This document shows, in pieces, positions 1 to 8,468 of a DNA stretch of 64,000 bases. The stretch is from a virus. A program made the translations under genes and the position numbers. The stretch is from positions 3,132 to 67,131 of the IMG/VR virus record IMGVR_UViG_3300030389_002443. One strand, written 5' to 3'. The notes below the pieces were generated by a model. The model was not told where the DNA came from and did no database searches. It saw nothing but the letters and a program-made list of their open reading frames with translations. The stretch's first letter is position 1. Every line of letters starts with the position of its first letter.

Positions 1-124
1 GTTTCCGTTCAGTTTGCTTCTCCACATCTTTAGCAGCCTCAGACATTGGCTCCGTTGTATTTCCATCACCATCAAGGTCTATGAAATCTGGCTTCTTTGC
101 CTTTAGGATGTCTTTCCAACTCAT
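1..124 (-). CDS. Partial ORF (runs off window edge), starts MSWKDILKAKKPDFIDLDGDGNTTEPM; probable virion internal protein
   Basis: Manual translation (not in ORF track); ATG at 124 preceded by GGTGA; W-x-D-I-L-K N-terminus and DxDxDG loop. Confidence 0.7.
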   Translation of the reverse strand, partial: MSWKDILKAKKPDFIDLDGDGNTTEPMSEAAKDVEKQTERK

Positions 125-133
125 GTTAATCAC

Positions 134-433
134 CTATAACATTGGATTGTCTTTTTTTGCATATACCGCCATCCTCTCGGCAACTTCCTTCATAAGTTTT
201 TTAAGTTTATTATCAGCCATGTTATATTGGGCTGCAATATCCATAGCCTCGACCATCAAAGATTTAGGTAAAAACCCACCATAAACTTCTGAATAGTTTG
301 ATACTATATCATTGTGAATTAATCCACTTATCACTCCATGAACATCCTCTAATGCTTTCTGAGTTTCTTTAATATCTTTAAGCAACTTATTGAATGTATC
401 AACATCATCTTTCAATATATCTTCCCACGCCAT
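134..433 (-). CDS. Hypothetical protein with MAWEDILK N-terminal motif
   Basis: ORF 134..448; internal ATG at 433 gives the same N-terminal motif as its neighbour. Confidence 0.7.
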   Translation of the reverse strand: MAWEDILKDDVDTFNKLLKDIKETQKALEDVHGVISGLIHNDIVSNYSEVYGGFLPKSLMVEAMDIAAQYNMADNKLKKLMKEVAERMAVYAKKDNPML

Positions 434-509
434 GAATTTCGCCCCCACGCTTTGACCCTCCTAATCCTACATTGGTCTTATAGTTTGGGAAGGATAATAT
501 GTTATCCGA

Positions 510-885
510 CACTTTTCAAAAAATGGGGTCAAATTTTTTTGGGGCTTGCAAAATTTTTTTAAAAGGTTTTATTCTATTTCCAGCGACAAAAGAATTAATC
601 AACAAATTTTCAACATAACATCTCTCCATAAAACCTCTTGTCGGAAAATTGTTATGGGCTAATAAGACGCATTGTTGTGGGCTTATAGAATGCATTATTC
701 CTCTTGGTAAATTTTCCCACAAAAGCCCGCATGATGAGAATCTTTTGATAAAAATCCCCACAAAAGAATGGCTGCGGGGATAAGCATCAACAATCGACTT
801 GAAAGAAAAGAAAAATAAAAAAATAAATAAAAAAAGTTTAAAAAAAAGTTTGTTGGTAAAACGGCTTTTAAAAAAAATTTTTGAA
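510..885. other. Non-coding A/T-tract-rich divergence region between minus-strand and plus-strand gene blocks
   Basis: Many A5-A9/T5-T8 runs; overlapping ORFs are low-complexity F/K-rich; coding strand switches here. Confidence 0.5.
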
Positions 886-886
886 G

Positions 887-922
887 GCAAAGACCCATAT
901 GGTTGTAGGCTTTGCATACCCC
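887..922 (+). repeat. Dispersed palindromic element copy 1
   Basis: GCAAAGAC-CCATATGG-TTGTAGG-CTTTGC-ATACCCC. Confidence 0.8.
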
Positions 923-939
923 AATCTTATCAGCCCATA

Positions 940-1004
940 GGAATAATGAATATAGTTATATATGTAGCAAGTAGTGGGCGGTATTATGCAAAGGAATAAT
1001 GCAG
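940..1004 (+). promoter_or_regulatory. Early TATA promoter with flanking GGAATAATG boxes, leaderless start
   Basis: GGAATAATG 940, TTATATA 956, ATG 986, GGAATAATGCA 993. Confidence 0.65.
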
Positions 1005-1141
1005 AAAAGAAATGGACAGTAAGAATGGAGTGTATATCTTATGATATATGGGCTAAGACCGAACAAGAGGCTATGGAACACCCCATGGTTTTCGATTGTG
1101 CTAATGTTGTATGGTTGAAAGCAGAAGAGGTGGTAGAATGA
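986..1141 (+). CDS. Small early protein (51 aa, MQRNNAEKKW...)
   Basis: Manual translation; ATG 30 nt after TATA start; stop overlaps next ATG. Confidence 0.55.
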   Translation: MQRNNAEKKWTVRMECISYDIWAKTEQEAMEHPMVFDCANVVWLKAEEVVE

Positions 1142-1263
1142 ATAACGATTATTTATTAGGTATAAGAAAAACAATAGTAAAAGCAATTCAAGAAGCAACA
1201 GACATAGACACAATAGAATATTGGACAGCAGAACTAAAATGTATAGATGAGGTGATAGAATGA
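1138..1263 (+). CDS. Small early protein (41 aa)
   Basis: Manual translation; GAGGTG RBS, ATGA coupling at both ends. Confidence 0.5.
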   Translation: MNNDYLLGIRKTIVKAIQEATDIDTIEYWTAELKCIDEVIE

Positions 1264-1415
1264 AAATAGTAGGTTTTGGTTTTACAGATTTTGGTGAAGA
1301 AGAATTTGAATTTAGAGTGTTAGGTCATGGAGGACTTGGTAAAATACAATTCAATATAAGATTACTATTAGAAGAATTTGAAGATGATATAGTATGGGAT
1401 GAGGTGACAGCATGA
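1260..1415 (+). CDS. Small early protein (51 aa)
   Basis: Manual translation; GAGGTGA RBS, ATGA coupling. Confidence 0.5.
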   Translation: MKIVGFGFTDFGEEEFEFRVLGHGGLGKIQFNIRLLLEEFEDDIVWDEVTA

Positions 1416-1606
1416 AGGATGACAATAGTATAGAGATACCCGATTATGTATTGACAAGTAGTAGAGGATACTTAGTGAATTATATTCTAAAAGAAATGAC
1501 AGATATCGAATTAAATAGAGTGGTGAGAAAGGCCAATGATATTCTCTATGAGCGTTTGTGCTACTTGAAAGAGAAAATAGAACAAGGCGTGGAGGTGATA
1601 GCATGA
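1412..1606 (+). CDS. Hypothetical early protein
   Basis: ORF track; GAGGTGA RBS; ATGA coupling. Confidence 0.6.
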   Translation: MKDDNSIEIPDYVLTSSRGYLVNYILKEMTDIELNRVVRKANDILYERLCYLKEKIEQGVEVIA

Positions 1607-2544
1607 AACAAGAACAAAAAGATTTTTTATCAAGTAGAAGACGATTAAGGAGAATGGTGGGAGGTTGGATTTCCCATGAGGCCATGGAAGTAATGAAAGA
1701 AGCAGGTTGGATATTCAAAACAGAAGGTATGAAAATTAATCGTGATTTACCAAATAATGTAGATAGTTTTCTTAAAATCTCACAAAATTATACTAGAGAG
1801 TATAGAATTGAAAAGTTATGTGGGATAACAACAGATAACATTGCTAATGCTATGGAGTGGTTAGAAAAACACGAAGACCATGTATTTAGTAAAGAGTATC
1901 GTGGTAGTAGTTGGAATCGTCAAGCAAAATTCATTATGATGAAAGAACCTATGACCCTATATAACCCTAATAGAAGATATAGAGGTAAAACAAGCACAGT
2001 TAAAGGTAATCAGTTTGTATTAGATATGGAAGATTTACATGAGTTAGTAGAAGAGCATCTTGAAGTTAGAGAGAAGTTGATTAATGATAAACAATTTGAA
2101 GAACAACAAGGAATCATTACACGTCATAAAAGAGATTTAATCCAATCAACAATTAAGATTAATGATTATATTATGACTAAAGAAGAGATAGCAGAAAAAG
2201 CCCTTCAAACATTTGATGGTTTCAGACGTGGTGTTAGTTGTAGTACACATGGGAAATGGGGTTTTAGTTTAGATTATATGGGCTTATATATTGACAATGG
2301 GAAGTTAAGAACATTTGATGAAGAGCATATCAAAAAATTATATCTTGAAAAACTTAGTGGGGTTACAATTAAGTCACTTGTTGATGAAATACCAGCACTA
2401 GTTGAAGAATACATGGGGCAACAGAAAATATACTACCAAGCCAGTAAAGATTGGCTAGAGGTAATGAGTAAATTATATGGCGGCATGTACGCAGTTTATG
2501 AGCAACACTATTATAGTGAACATGCAGATGTTGAGAGGTGGTAA
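1603..2544 (+). CDS. Hypothetical protein (about 313 aa)
   Basis: Long ORF; GGAGGTGA RBS before ATG 1603. Confidence 0.75.
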   Translation: MKQEQKDFLSSRRRLRRMVGGWISHEAMEVMKEAGWIFKTEGMKINRDLPNNVDSFLKISQNYTREYRIEKLCGITTDNIANAMEWLEKHEDHVFSKEYRGSSWNRQAKFIMMKEPMTLYNPNRRYRGKTSTVKGNQFVLDMEDLHELVEEHLEVREKLINDKQFEEQQGIITRHKRDLIQSTIKINDYIMTKEEIAEKALQTFDGFRRGVSCSTHGKWGFSLDYMGLYIDNGKLRTFDEEHIKKLYLEKLSGVTIKSLVDEIPALVEEYMGQQKIYYQASKDWLEVMSKLYGGMYAVYEQHYYSEHADVERW

Positions 2545-2545
2545 A

Positions 2546-2755
2546 ATGAAACGATTCCCTAAATCAAAAGGAAAGATACAGGCAGTTCAAATTTATATAA
2601 TGAAGTTCACTGATATAGAAGGGGATGGGCCAGAAGAATGGCTTAGGCGAAATGATGTGGATTCATATGGTGAACCTATTGTTTGCACAGTAGAAGATTT
2701 GGAATGGGCAGAATCTTATGTATGGGAAAGATGTCAGAAGTTGAGTGATTTATAA
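2546..2755 (+). CDS. Hypothetical protein
   Basis: ORF 2477..2755, start moved to ATG after GAGGTGG. Confidence 0.6.
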   Translation: MKRFPKSKGKIQAVQIYIMKFTDIEGDGPEEWLRRNDVDSYGEPIVCTVEDLEWAESYVWERCQKLSDL

Positions 2756-2913
2756 TGGGCTTGTCTAAACCATTAGAGGATTATACTATCCCAGAATTAA
2801 AGGCATTCATAAAAAGGTTCGGTGGGGAACATCACTCTTTGTGGAATTGGTCTAAGAAAGATTTGGTTATTTATTTGAGAACTATATTAGATAATAAGAA
2901 GTCAAACCCATGA
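2755..2913 (+). CDS. Small SAP/Rho-N-like helix-extension-helix protein
   Basis: Manual translation LEDYTIPELKAFIKRFG...SKKDLVIYL resembles the HeH pattern; TAATG coupling. Confidence 0.4.
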   Translation: MGLSKPLEDYTIPELKAFIKRFGGEHHSLWNWSKKDLVIYLRTILDNKKSNP

Positions 2914-2919
2914 GGCAGT

Positions 2920-2968
2920 GGAATAATGCAACAGACTTATATATGTGATATTGGTAGGGAATAATGCA
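2920..2968 (+). promoter_or_regulatory. Early TATA promoter with two GGAATAATGCA boxes
   Basis: Boxes at 2920 and 2958 flank TTATATA at 2937. Confidence 0.6.
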
Positions 2969-2980
2969 GGAGAGATACTA

Positions 2981-3247
2981 ATGGAAACAACATTGGCAAT
3001 AGATGAAATAAGAATGAACGAAATAATGGAAGAACTTGAAAGAGAAATTAAAGAAGTACACGCAATGAAAACCACAGCCTTTGAAAAAAGACATTGGAAT
3101 GATTGGGAAAAAGCACACGCAAGATTAAATGGACTATTTTTCTGTCGACACTTACTCAAAGGTAATAAAGAACTTTTGAATTGCTATCAAACTAATATTG
3201 AAGGTGTAAAATATAACAGTGGTGGATTCAGACTAAGGGGGAACTAA
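2981..3247 (+). CDS. Hypothetical protein
   Basis: ORF 2945..3247; AGGAG before ATG 2981. Confidence 0.65.
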   Translation: METTLAIDEIRMNEIMEELEREIKEVHAMKTTAFEKRHWNDWEKAHARLNGLFFCRHLLKGNKELLNCYQTNIEGVKYNSGGFRLRGN

Positions 3248-3248
3248 A

Positions 3249-3530
3249 ATGGGTTGGGAAGTATGGCAAAAGAAATATCATGATGGTCAGTTTATATTGT
3301 ATGGTTTTTTCTGTAATACAGCAGATGAAGCATTCGGAAGAGTATTTTATCTAAATGATTGTTATGACATAGATACGTTTTATGATGCATGGAAAGATGT
3401 TAATGAAGGGATAGACCCAAGAACAATTAGTAGTGATGTATTATGGGAGTGCATAATCAACATGAAAGAATACTTTGGCGAAGACATATCAGATTATAGA
3501 GAATCACCAATTATAGGAGTTGATGAATAA
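3249..3530 (+). CDS. Hypothetical protein
   Basis: ORF track, operonic spacing. Confidence 0.65.
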   Translation: MGWEVWQKKYHDGQFILYGFFCNTADEAFGRVFYLNDCYDIDTFYDAWKDVNEGIDPRTISSDVLWECIINMKEYFGEDISDYRESPIIGVDE

Positions 3531-3859
3531 TGTCTACAAGATGTAATATAGTTGTGAAGGACAATCCTTTTGGTAAAGATAGAGAACTTTGGTTTTACCG
3601 CCATTCTGATGGCTACCCATCTAGTGTATTACCAAGCCTTGAACCATTAATGGATAAACTAAGAAAGGGTGAAGTAAGAGATAATATAAGTCAGTTCGCT
3701 GGTTGGATAATTGTATTAGGCCATGAGGAATATGCCCATTATCAAAACGATTGGAAAGTTGGTGCATATGAACCCACCTTTGGTTTACATGGGGATGTTG
3801 AATATTTATACACAATTGATTTACAAAAGAAGACATTAACGTATGAGGAGTTTAGGTAA
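3530..3859 (+). CDS. Conserved phage-type hypothetical protein (MSTR...YxHxDGYP family)
   Basis: MSTRC start, YRHSDGYP motif, EYLYTID near C-terminus. Confidence 0.7.
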   Translation: MSTRCNIVVKDNPFGKDRELWFYRHSDGYPSSVLPSLEPLMDKLRKGEVRDNISQFAGWIIVLGHEEYAHYQNDWKVGAYEPTFGLHGDVEYLYTIDLQKKTLTYEEFR

Positions 3860-3907
3860 AATATATAAGACAATAACAGATAAGATTCATGGGGTTATCA
3901 CAGTAAT

Positions 3908-3979
3908 AGGGAGAAATTTGATTCTTTTGGTAATTATTTTCTGTCATAGTGAACGGGGATTCGTTCTCCCCTCTCCCTC
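3908..3979 (+). ncRNA. Degenerate tRNA-like element (possible pseudo-tRNA, GTC in loop)
   Basis: AGGGAGA/TCTCCCT 7-bp stem directly after GGGGA-TTCGTTC-TCCCC arm; D and anticodon arms pair poorly. Confidence 0.3.
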
Positions 3980-4028
3980 CCCCATATTGTTTGTTTCTAT
4001 CACCCTATAGAACTTTTATTTTTTTAAT

Positions 4029-4072
4029 GGGGCAACAAAGATAGAACCATATGGTGTTGTCTTTGCAACCCC
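4029..4072 (+). repeat. Dispersed palindromic element copy 2
   Basis: GGGGCAA-CAAAGA-TAGA-ACCATATGGT-GTTG-TCTTTG-CAACCCC. Confidence 0.85.
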
Positions 4073-4098
4073 ATCATTCTTATTGGCTGGTGTAGTTG

Positions 4099-4159
4099 GG
4101 AATAATGCTTATATATGGGGTATGATGTGGCTTTAATTATGCAAGGGAATAATGCAGAA
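4099..4159 (+). promoter_or_regulatory. Early TATA promoter with flanking GGAATAATGC boxes, leaderless start
   Basis: Box 4099, TTATATA 4109, ATG 4139, box 4146. Confidence 0.65.
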
Positions 4160-4681
4160 CTAACCAAGAATGAAAAGAAGATTCAGTTGATTGAGATGTT
4201 TCTCAAGGCTGAGAAGAAAACACCACCCCATATAAAAAAGGCTCTTAGGGCTTTAGTAAAAACTGCTAAAGAAGACATGAGTAATTTTGATGCTGTTTGG
4301 CAAGGGATAGTAGGAGTCTGTTCCTCACTACCTAGTTATGGAATTGAAAATCCTACTGGTAGAGGTAAACAAGGTGAACTACCATACGATGTAGATGTAA
4401 ACATCAGAACTATTTGTGAAGCAATATATGATATTAGTATAACCTCATATAAATCTAGTAAGATGTTAGCAGTTATGGCCAAAGGTAAAAACTACAGTGC
4501 TATTACTGCTCAAGAATATGCAGAAAAAGAAGTGAGGACAATAGAAAGAAATCTAAAAGACTGGTACAAAAACTATTGTAAAATAGGAACTGCTAGTTTC
4601 AAACCTAATGCAAGGACATGGGATGGTCAGTTGGTAAAAGGACTTCCAGTATTTGGTTATCCGAAGGAGGTGAAAGAATGA
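4139..4681 (+). CDS. Hypothetical early protein (MQGNNAE...)
   Basis: ORF 4115..4681; leaderless ATG at 4139 inferred from TATA spacing. Confidence 0.7.
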   Translation: MQGNNAELTKNEKKIQLIEMFLKAEKKTPPHIKKALRALVKTAKEDMSNFDAVWQGIVGVCSSLPSYGIENPTGRGKQGELPYDVDVNIRTICEAIYDISITSYKSSKMLAVMAKGKNYSAITAQEYAEKEVRTIERNLKDWYKNYCKIGTASFKPNARTWDGQLVKGLPVFGYPKEVKE

Positions 4682-4787
4682 ATCATGTAAAAAGAAAAGC
4701 GGCAAGAAGTAGATACTTGAGTAAATTCAAGGCTAGAAAACATTATGAAAATAATAAAGAAGAAATTAATAAGAAGGGGTTGAAAAA

Positions 4788-5030
4788 ATGAGAAAAGAAA
4801 AAGTAGATAAAATAGTATTCGGTGATTACATCGGTGGATATGATAATGGATGTAGAATTGTATTAAAAAAGGATTATGGCCATATAGAAGTAATCAAAAG
4901 ATGGGTTTCTGATGGTGGTCGAAATATGTCAAAAATTATATCATATCACTGGACTAATGAAGAAATGATTGAATTGATTGAGTTTTTCCAAAATGTTGAC
5001 TTAGAAGAATGGAAGGAGGAATTACAATGA
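4788..5030 (+). CDS. Hypothetical protein
   Basis: ORF track; purine-rich RBS. Confidence 0.6.
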   Translation: MRKEKVDKIVFGDYIGGYDNGCRIVLKKDYGHIEVIKRWVSDGGRNMSKIISYHWTNEEMIELIEFFQNVDLEEWKEELQ

Positions 5031-5260
5031 GTGAATACCACCACCTAATGCAACAAGGTAGTTTTAGTGAAACAATACTATGGGATGCTAGAGATAAACT
5101 TGACCCGCCAGCAAAAGGATTTGTTATGTTTGCATCATCTTGTCCCGAAACTAATATTCCATTCTTGATGAATAATTGGGATGTTGATGAAAAAGATATT
5201 GTTATTGTCCTATATGATGGGCATGAAACTATATGGTATCGTAAGGAGGATGATGAATAG
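5027..5260 (+). CDS. Hypothetical protein
   Basis: GGAGG RBS, ATGA coupling. Confidence 0.6.
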   Translation: MSEYHHLMQQGSFSETILWDARDKLDPPAKGFVMFASSCPETNIPFLMNNWDVDEKDIVIVLYDGHETIWYRKEDDE

Positions 5261-5261
5261 A

Positions 5262-5597
5262 ATGATTGACATAGACAAATATGAAAGACATACACCTACA
5301 CCTTGGACTGTTAATGTTCACACAATCGGTAAGGATAGGGAAATCACCGCAATAGTGATTGAGTCAAACATGACTACACATTCCAACTGTGTATTAGCAG
5401 AAGTCGAAGTTGAAAATAAATACGCTGAGGCCGATGCACAACTCATCGCAGACGCACCACTTCTCCTCGCAGAAGTCAAGCGTTTACGTGAAGAACTAAG
5501 GCTTACTAAGGAATGGTTAGACCAACTTTATGATGAGGAATTAGTGTCTGCGTTTAGGTTTCATGTATATGGAATCAATGATGATGGAGATGAATAG
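5262..5597 (+). CDS. Ead/Ea22-like phage protein
   Basis: HTPTPW ... ADAQLIADAPLLLAEVKRLR pattern. Confidence 0.55.
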   Translation: MIDIDKYERHTPTPWTVNVHTIGKDREITAIVIESNMTTHSNCVLAEVEVENKYAEADAQLIADAPLLLAEVKRLREELRLTKEWLDQLYDEELVSAFRFHVYGINDDGDE

Positions 5598-5598
5598 A

Positions 5599-5781
5599 AT
5601 GATTGACACAGACAAATTTACATTCGACTTATCAAAGTTAAGGTTACTTGAAACAGAAATGCAAGTAACAATTTGGAAGCATGAAAAGAGTGGTACACCA
5701 CAGATAATAATTGATGGGTTTAAAGATGCGTTGAATCACATTACAAAAGCGATAGACATATTGGAAAGGGATGACCTATGA
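5599..5781 (+). CDS. Hypothetical protein sharing its N-terminus with the upstream gene
   Basis: MIDTDK vs MIDIDK; 29-nt DNA repeat over both starts. Confidence 0.6.
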   Translation: MIDTDKFTFDLSKLRLLETEMQVTIWKHEKSGTPQIIIDGFKDALNHITKAIDILERDDL

Positions 5782-5984
5782 AAAAGGCTGACAAATACGA
5801 AGGATTGATTGATGCAGAAGGTTACGTTGACTACGATGGATTAGACCACCTACTAGCAGAAGTCAAGCGGTTACGTGAAGAATTGGATGCCGCAGAAGAT
5901 GTTATTCTATATGCTCTTGATAGAGTGGGTAACGATGATGATGCTAAGAAAGTATTTGAGGATTTCTTAGAGGGGATTAAATGA
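5778..5984 (+). CDS. Hypothetical protein with LLAEVKRLREEL segment
   Basis: 12-aa segment identical to one in 5262..5597. Confidence 0.6.
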   Translation: MKKADKYEGLIDAEGYVDYDGLDHLLAEVKRLREELDAAEDVILYALDRVGNDDDAKKVFEDFLEGIK

Positions 5985-6052
5985 TACCTAGATATTGGTG
6001 GAATGAATAACATGAGATAATAGGTTTTTATATGGGCTAATAGGTTTTTATA

Positions 6053-6097
6053 GGGTTGCAAAGACCTTACCATATGGTAGTAGTCTTTGGCTACCCC
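6053..6097 (+). repeat. Dispersed palindromic element copy 3
   Basis: GGGTTG-CAAAGAC-CT-TACCATATGGTA-GTA-GTCTTTG-GCTACCCC. Confidence 0.85.
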
Positions 6098-6293
6098 GCC
6101 AAAAAAAACGAAAAAAAAGAGGGAGGCCACTAAAAAGTGACCCCCCAATTTCGCCCTCGTGGGAACCATGGAACTGAACTATTTCAAGCCGATTAAGCAA
6201 CATTAACGAATAATGATTTACCCCCATGGTGATTAAGTACCGAGCCTAAATCTATCTCGTATTATTAGGTTTTATTCACCTGTAAAAATGACT

Positions 6294-7316
6294 CTATGCT
6301 TGTATAGGACTAAATTGCATTGAAAGGTCTAAGGCTCTCCTTTTAGAAGTTAAACCATCACCTAATAATGAATTTTCTAATCCTTTTGAGACTTCCTCTG
6401 GGGTCATATTGTAACCTTTTGATGAACTGACGCATTTTTGATGGTCAACCCAAAAAGTAAAGGCATTATATGCGGCCCAAGCGGTATTTTTCATATTACC
6501 TACTAGGTTAGTTTCATGTGACATATTTTGAATTAACTTAGTCAATATATTTTGACTTCTTGTAGTTAATTCGCCATCGTCATTATATGATAACTTAGCA
6601 GCCTCTATGAAATATGTTTCAATTTGTTCGGGTGTTAATTCTACATTCATTAAGTTTTGATAAAACTCTTTAGTCCTTTCAAAATCCTCATTGATAAGAC
6701 CTAATGCTTCTCTAGCAGCATCTACTTTATTGAACATATTTTTAGTATGTCTAATATTGTAAATTTCTCTTCTACTTCTACCATCTGCTAAAGCCATTTG
6801 TAAAGTATTATTGCAAACTACTCTTACGAATGTAGGCATAATTTTTACTGAACCGCTACCATCATGAGTATTAGTTAAAAGAAGGTAAGGGATTACTTCA
6901 TCACCTTCACCAATTTTTACATGATTTGGTAGTTTAGCCAATATCCAAATTGTTCGACCACCTTTCATTGAACCACATGTTTCATACATTGCTAACCCTT
7001 CTTGAACTATTTCATCAAAAAAGGCGAATGCGTCCACATTGTCAAGTACTTGGTACTTTTCACCAACTATCCCAAGAGGCAATTCATTATCGCTTCTAAC
7101 GGTAGCATATTTACTAGATATTGGTCTAAAGGAGCCATCTAACATCTTTTGGTAAACTAGTTCTTTTGTTACCATCCATTCAAGATGCGCTTTTTCAAGT
7201 GCTTCTTTTGATGTCATTAACCCTTCTACTTGTGTCCCTAACCCATGCCATGGGATTCCATTAGCATAAGCCATTTCTACTTGTCCATGCATGTTTGTAG
7301 TAAGATGATGAGCCAT
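6294..7316 (-). CDS. DUF932 / phage-plasmid (TIGR03299-like) protein
   Basis: PWHGLG, LGIVGEKYQVLDN, YETCGS..GGRTIW, LLLTNTHDGSGS, PTFVRVVCNNTL, IRHT, TAWAAYNA motifs. Confidence 0.85.
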   Translation of the reverse strand: MAHHLTTNMHGQVEMAYANGIPWHGLGTQVEGLMTSKEALEKAHLEWMVTKELVYQKMLDGSFRPISSKYATVRSDNELPLGIVGEKYQVLDNVDAFAFFDEIVQEGLAMYETCGSMKGGRTIWILAKLPNHVKIGEGDEVIPYLLLTNTHDGSGSVKIMPTFVRVVCNNTLQMALADGRSRREIYNIRHTKNMFNKVDAAREALGLINEDFERTKEFYQNLMNVELTPEQIETYFIEAAKLSYNDDGELTTRSQNILTKLIQNMSHETNLVGNMKNTAWAAYNAFTFWVDHQKCVSSSKGYNMTPEEVSKGLENSLLGDGLTSKRRALDLSMQFSPIQA

Positions 7317-7427
7317 TAAGACCACCCTCCACAACAAACAGACACTAGGAGATTTGCCTCTCCTCTAGCATAACATAACGTTGTATAACTATCTGTCATG
7401 ACCTAGTAAGAGATTACCCTATATATA

Positions 7428-7485
7428 GGGGTTGTCCAAAGACTAACAACCATATGGTTCAATCTTTGGATAGCGTAGCGACCCC
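7428..7485 (-). repeat. Dispersed palindromic element copy 4 (inverted, divergent promoter region)
   Basis: TCCAAAGA-CTAAC-AACCATATGGTT-CAA-TCTTTGGA; reverse complement matches copy 5 and its TATA context. Confidence 0.85.
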
Positions 7486-7535
7486 ATAAGTGCATTATTC
7501 CAAAGCATTATAAGGGGAAACTGCTAGGAGAGTAT

Positions 7536-7655
7536 ATGGCAGATAGAGATGAACGAGAAATTAAGAAAGAAATAGAAAAACTATGGGTAAATGCAACAAT
7601 TCAAGAATTAGAGTGTATTGAAGACTATGTATCTTACATACTAAGGTGGAGTTGA
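7536..7655 (+). CDS. Small early protein (39 aa)
   Basis: Manual translation; follows TTATAA at 7508 and AGGAG. Confidence 0.45.
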   Translation: MADRDEREIKKEIEKLWVNATIQELECIEDYVSYILRWS

Positions 7656-7875
7656 TTTAGAATGATTACAACATGTTGTGGGATTATGATATTTGTGCAT
7701 TTGGATTGTCCTTTCTGTGAGGTGGTAGAATAATGGCTAAATATATACTAACAGATTGGAAAGGATGCTATGAAGATGATGAACCCCATGTTTATATCTT
7801 CAAAAATAAAGATGAATTAATTGAAAAGTTATTAGGTTTTTTAGATGATGATATTAGATTAGAGGTGGTTAAGTA

Positions 7876-8172
7876 ATGGCACTAATAATTAGAACAGATG
7901 GTAGTACAGAGAAAATAAATAATCCTACCTTAGAACAATTACAAGAAGCAGTAGGAGGTCGCATAGAATATGTCCGTATTCGAGAAGGATTGATAGATGG
8001 GTCTAACTATATGTATTGTAATGAGGAAGGAAAAAATGAAGGGTTAGAGTATAATGAACATGCCACTATACTTGCAGAGGGTTGTATCATGAGTTGGGAT
8101 TTTATTGTAGGTAATGTGGTTGTAATGTTTGAAGGAGAAGATGGTAATCTTGGAGTTCTTGAGGAGGAGTGA
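7876..8172 (+). CDS. DUF3846-like protein
   Basis: TLEQLQEAVGGRIEYV ... CNEEGK..GL.YN..AT ... DFIVGNVVV. Confidence 0.8.
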   Translation: MALIIRTDGSTEKINNPTLEQLQEAVGGRIEYVRIREGLIDGSNYMYCNEEGKNEGLEYNEHATILAEGCIMSWDFIVGNVVVMFEGEDGNLGVLEEE

Positions 8173-8366
8173 TTAATTTGTATAAGATAATAAGATTTAG
8201 ATTTAAAGGTAACAATCGTGTAATAAAACGTAATCTTACCTTAGAAGAAGCACAAGCACATTGCAGAAGAGATGATACTAGAGGAGATGGTTGGTTTGAT
8301 GGGTATGCGGAGCAATAACATGAGATAATAAGAAAAGGTAGTTGTTTATAGGGACACTACGTTTTT

Positions 8367-8404
8367 TCAAAGATTGAACCATATGGTAAGGTCTTTGATA
8401 CCCC
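8367..8404 (+). repeat. Dispersed palindromic element copy 5
   Basis: TCAAAGA-TTGA-ACCATATGGT-AAGG-TCTTTGA-TACCCC then TATATATA. Confidence 0.85.
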
Positions 8405-8468
8405 AGTATATATAGGTAATTTTCTGACTATATCATGACACAAAAAAATGTGACAGGAGGCAATAAGA

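Noticed and set aside
516-999. ORFs 516..917, 695..898 and 799..999
   Set aside because: F/L/K-rich translations of homopolymer tracts that overlap regulatory motifs.
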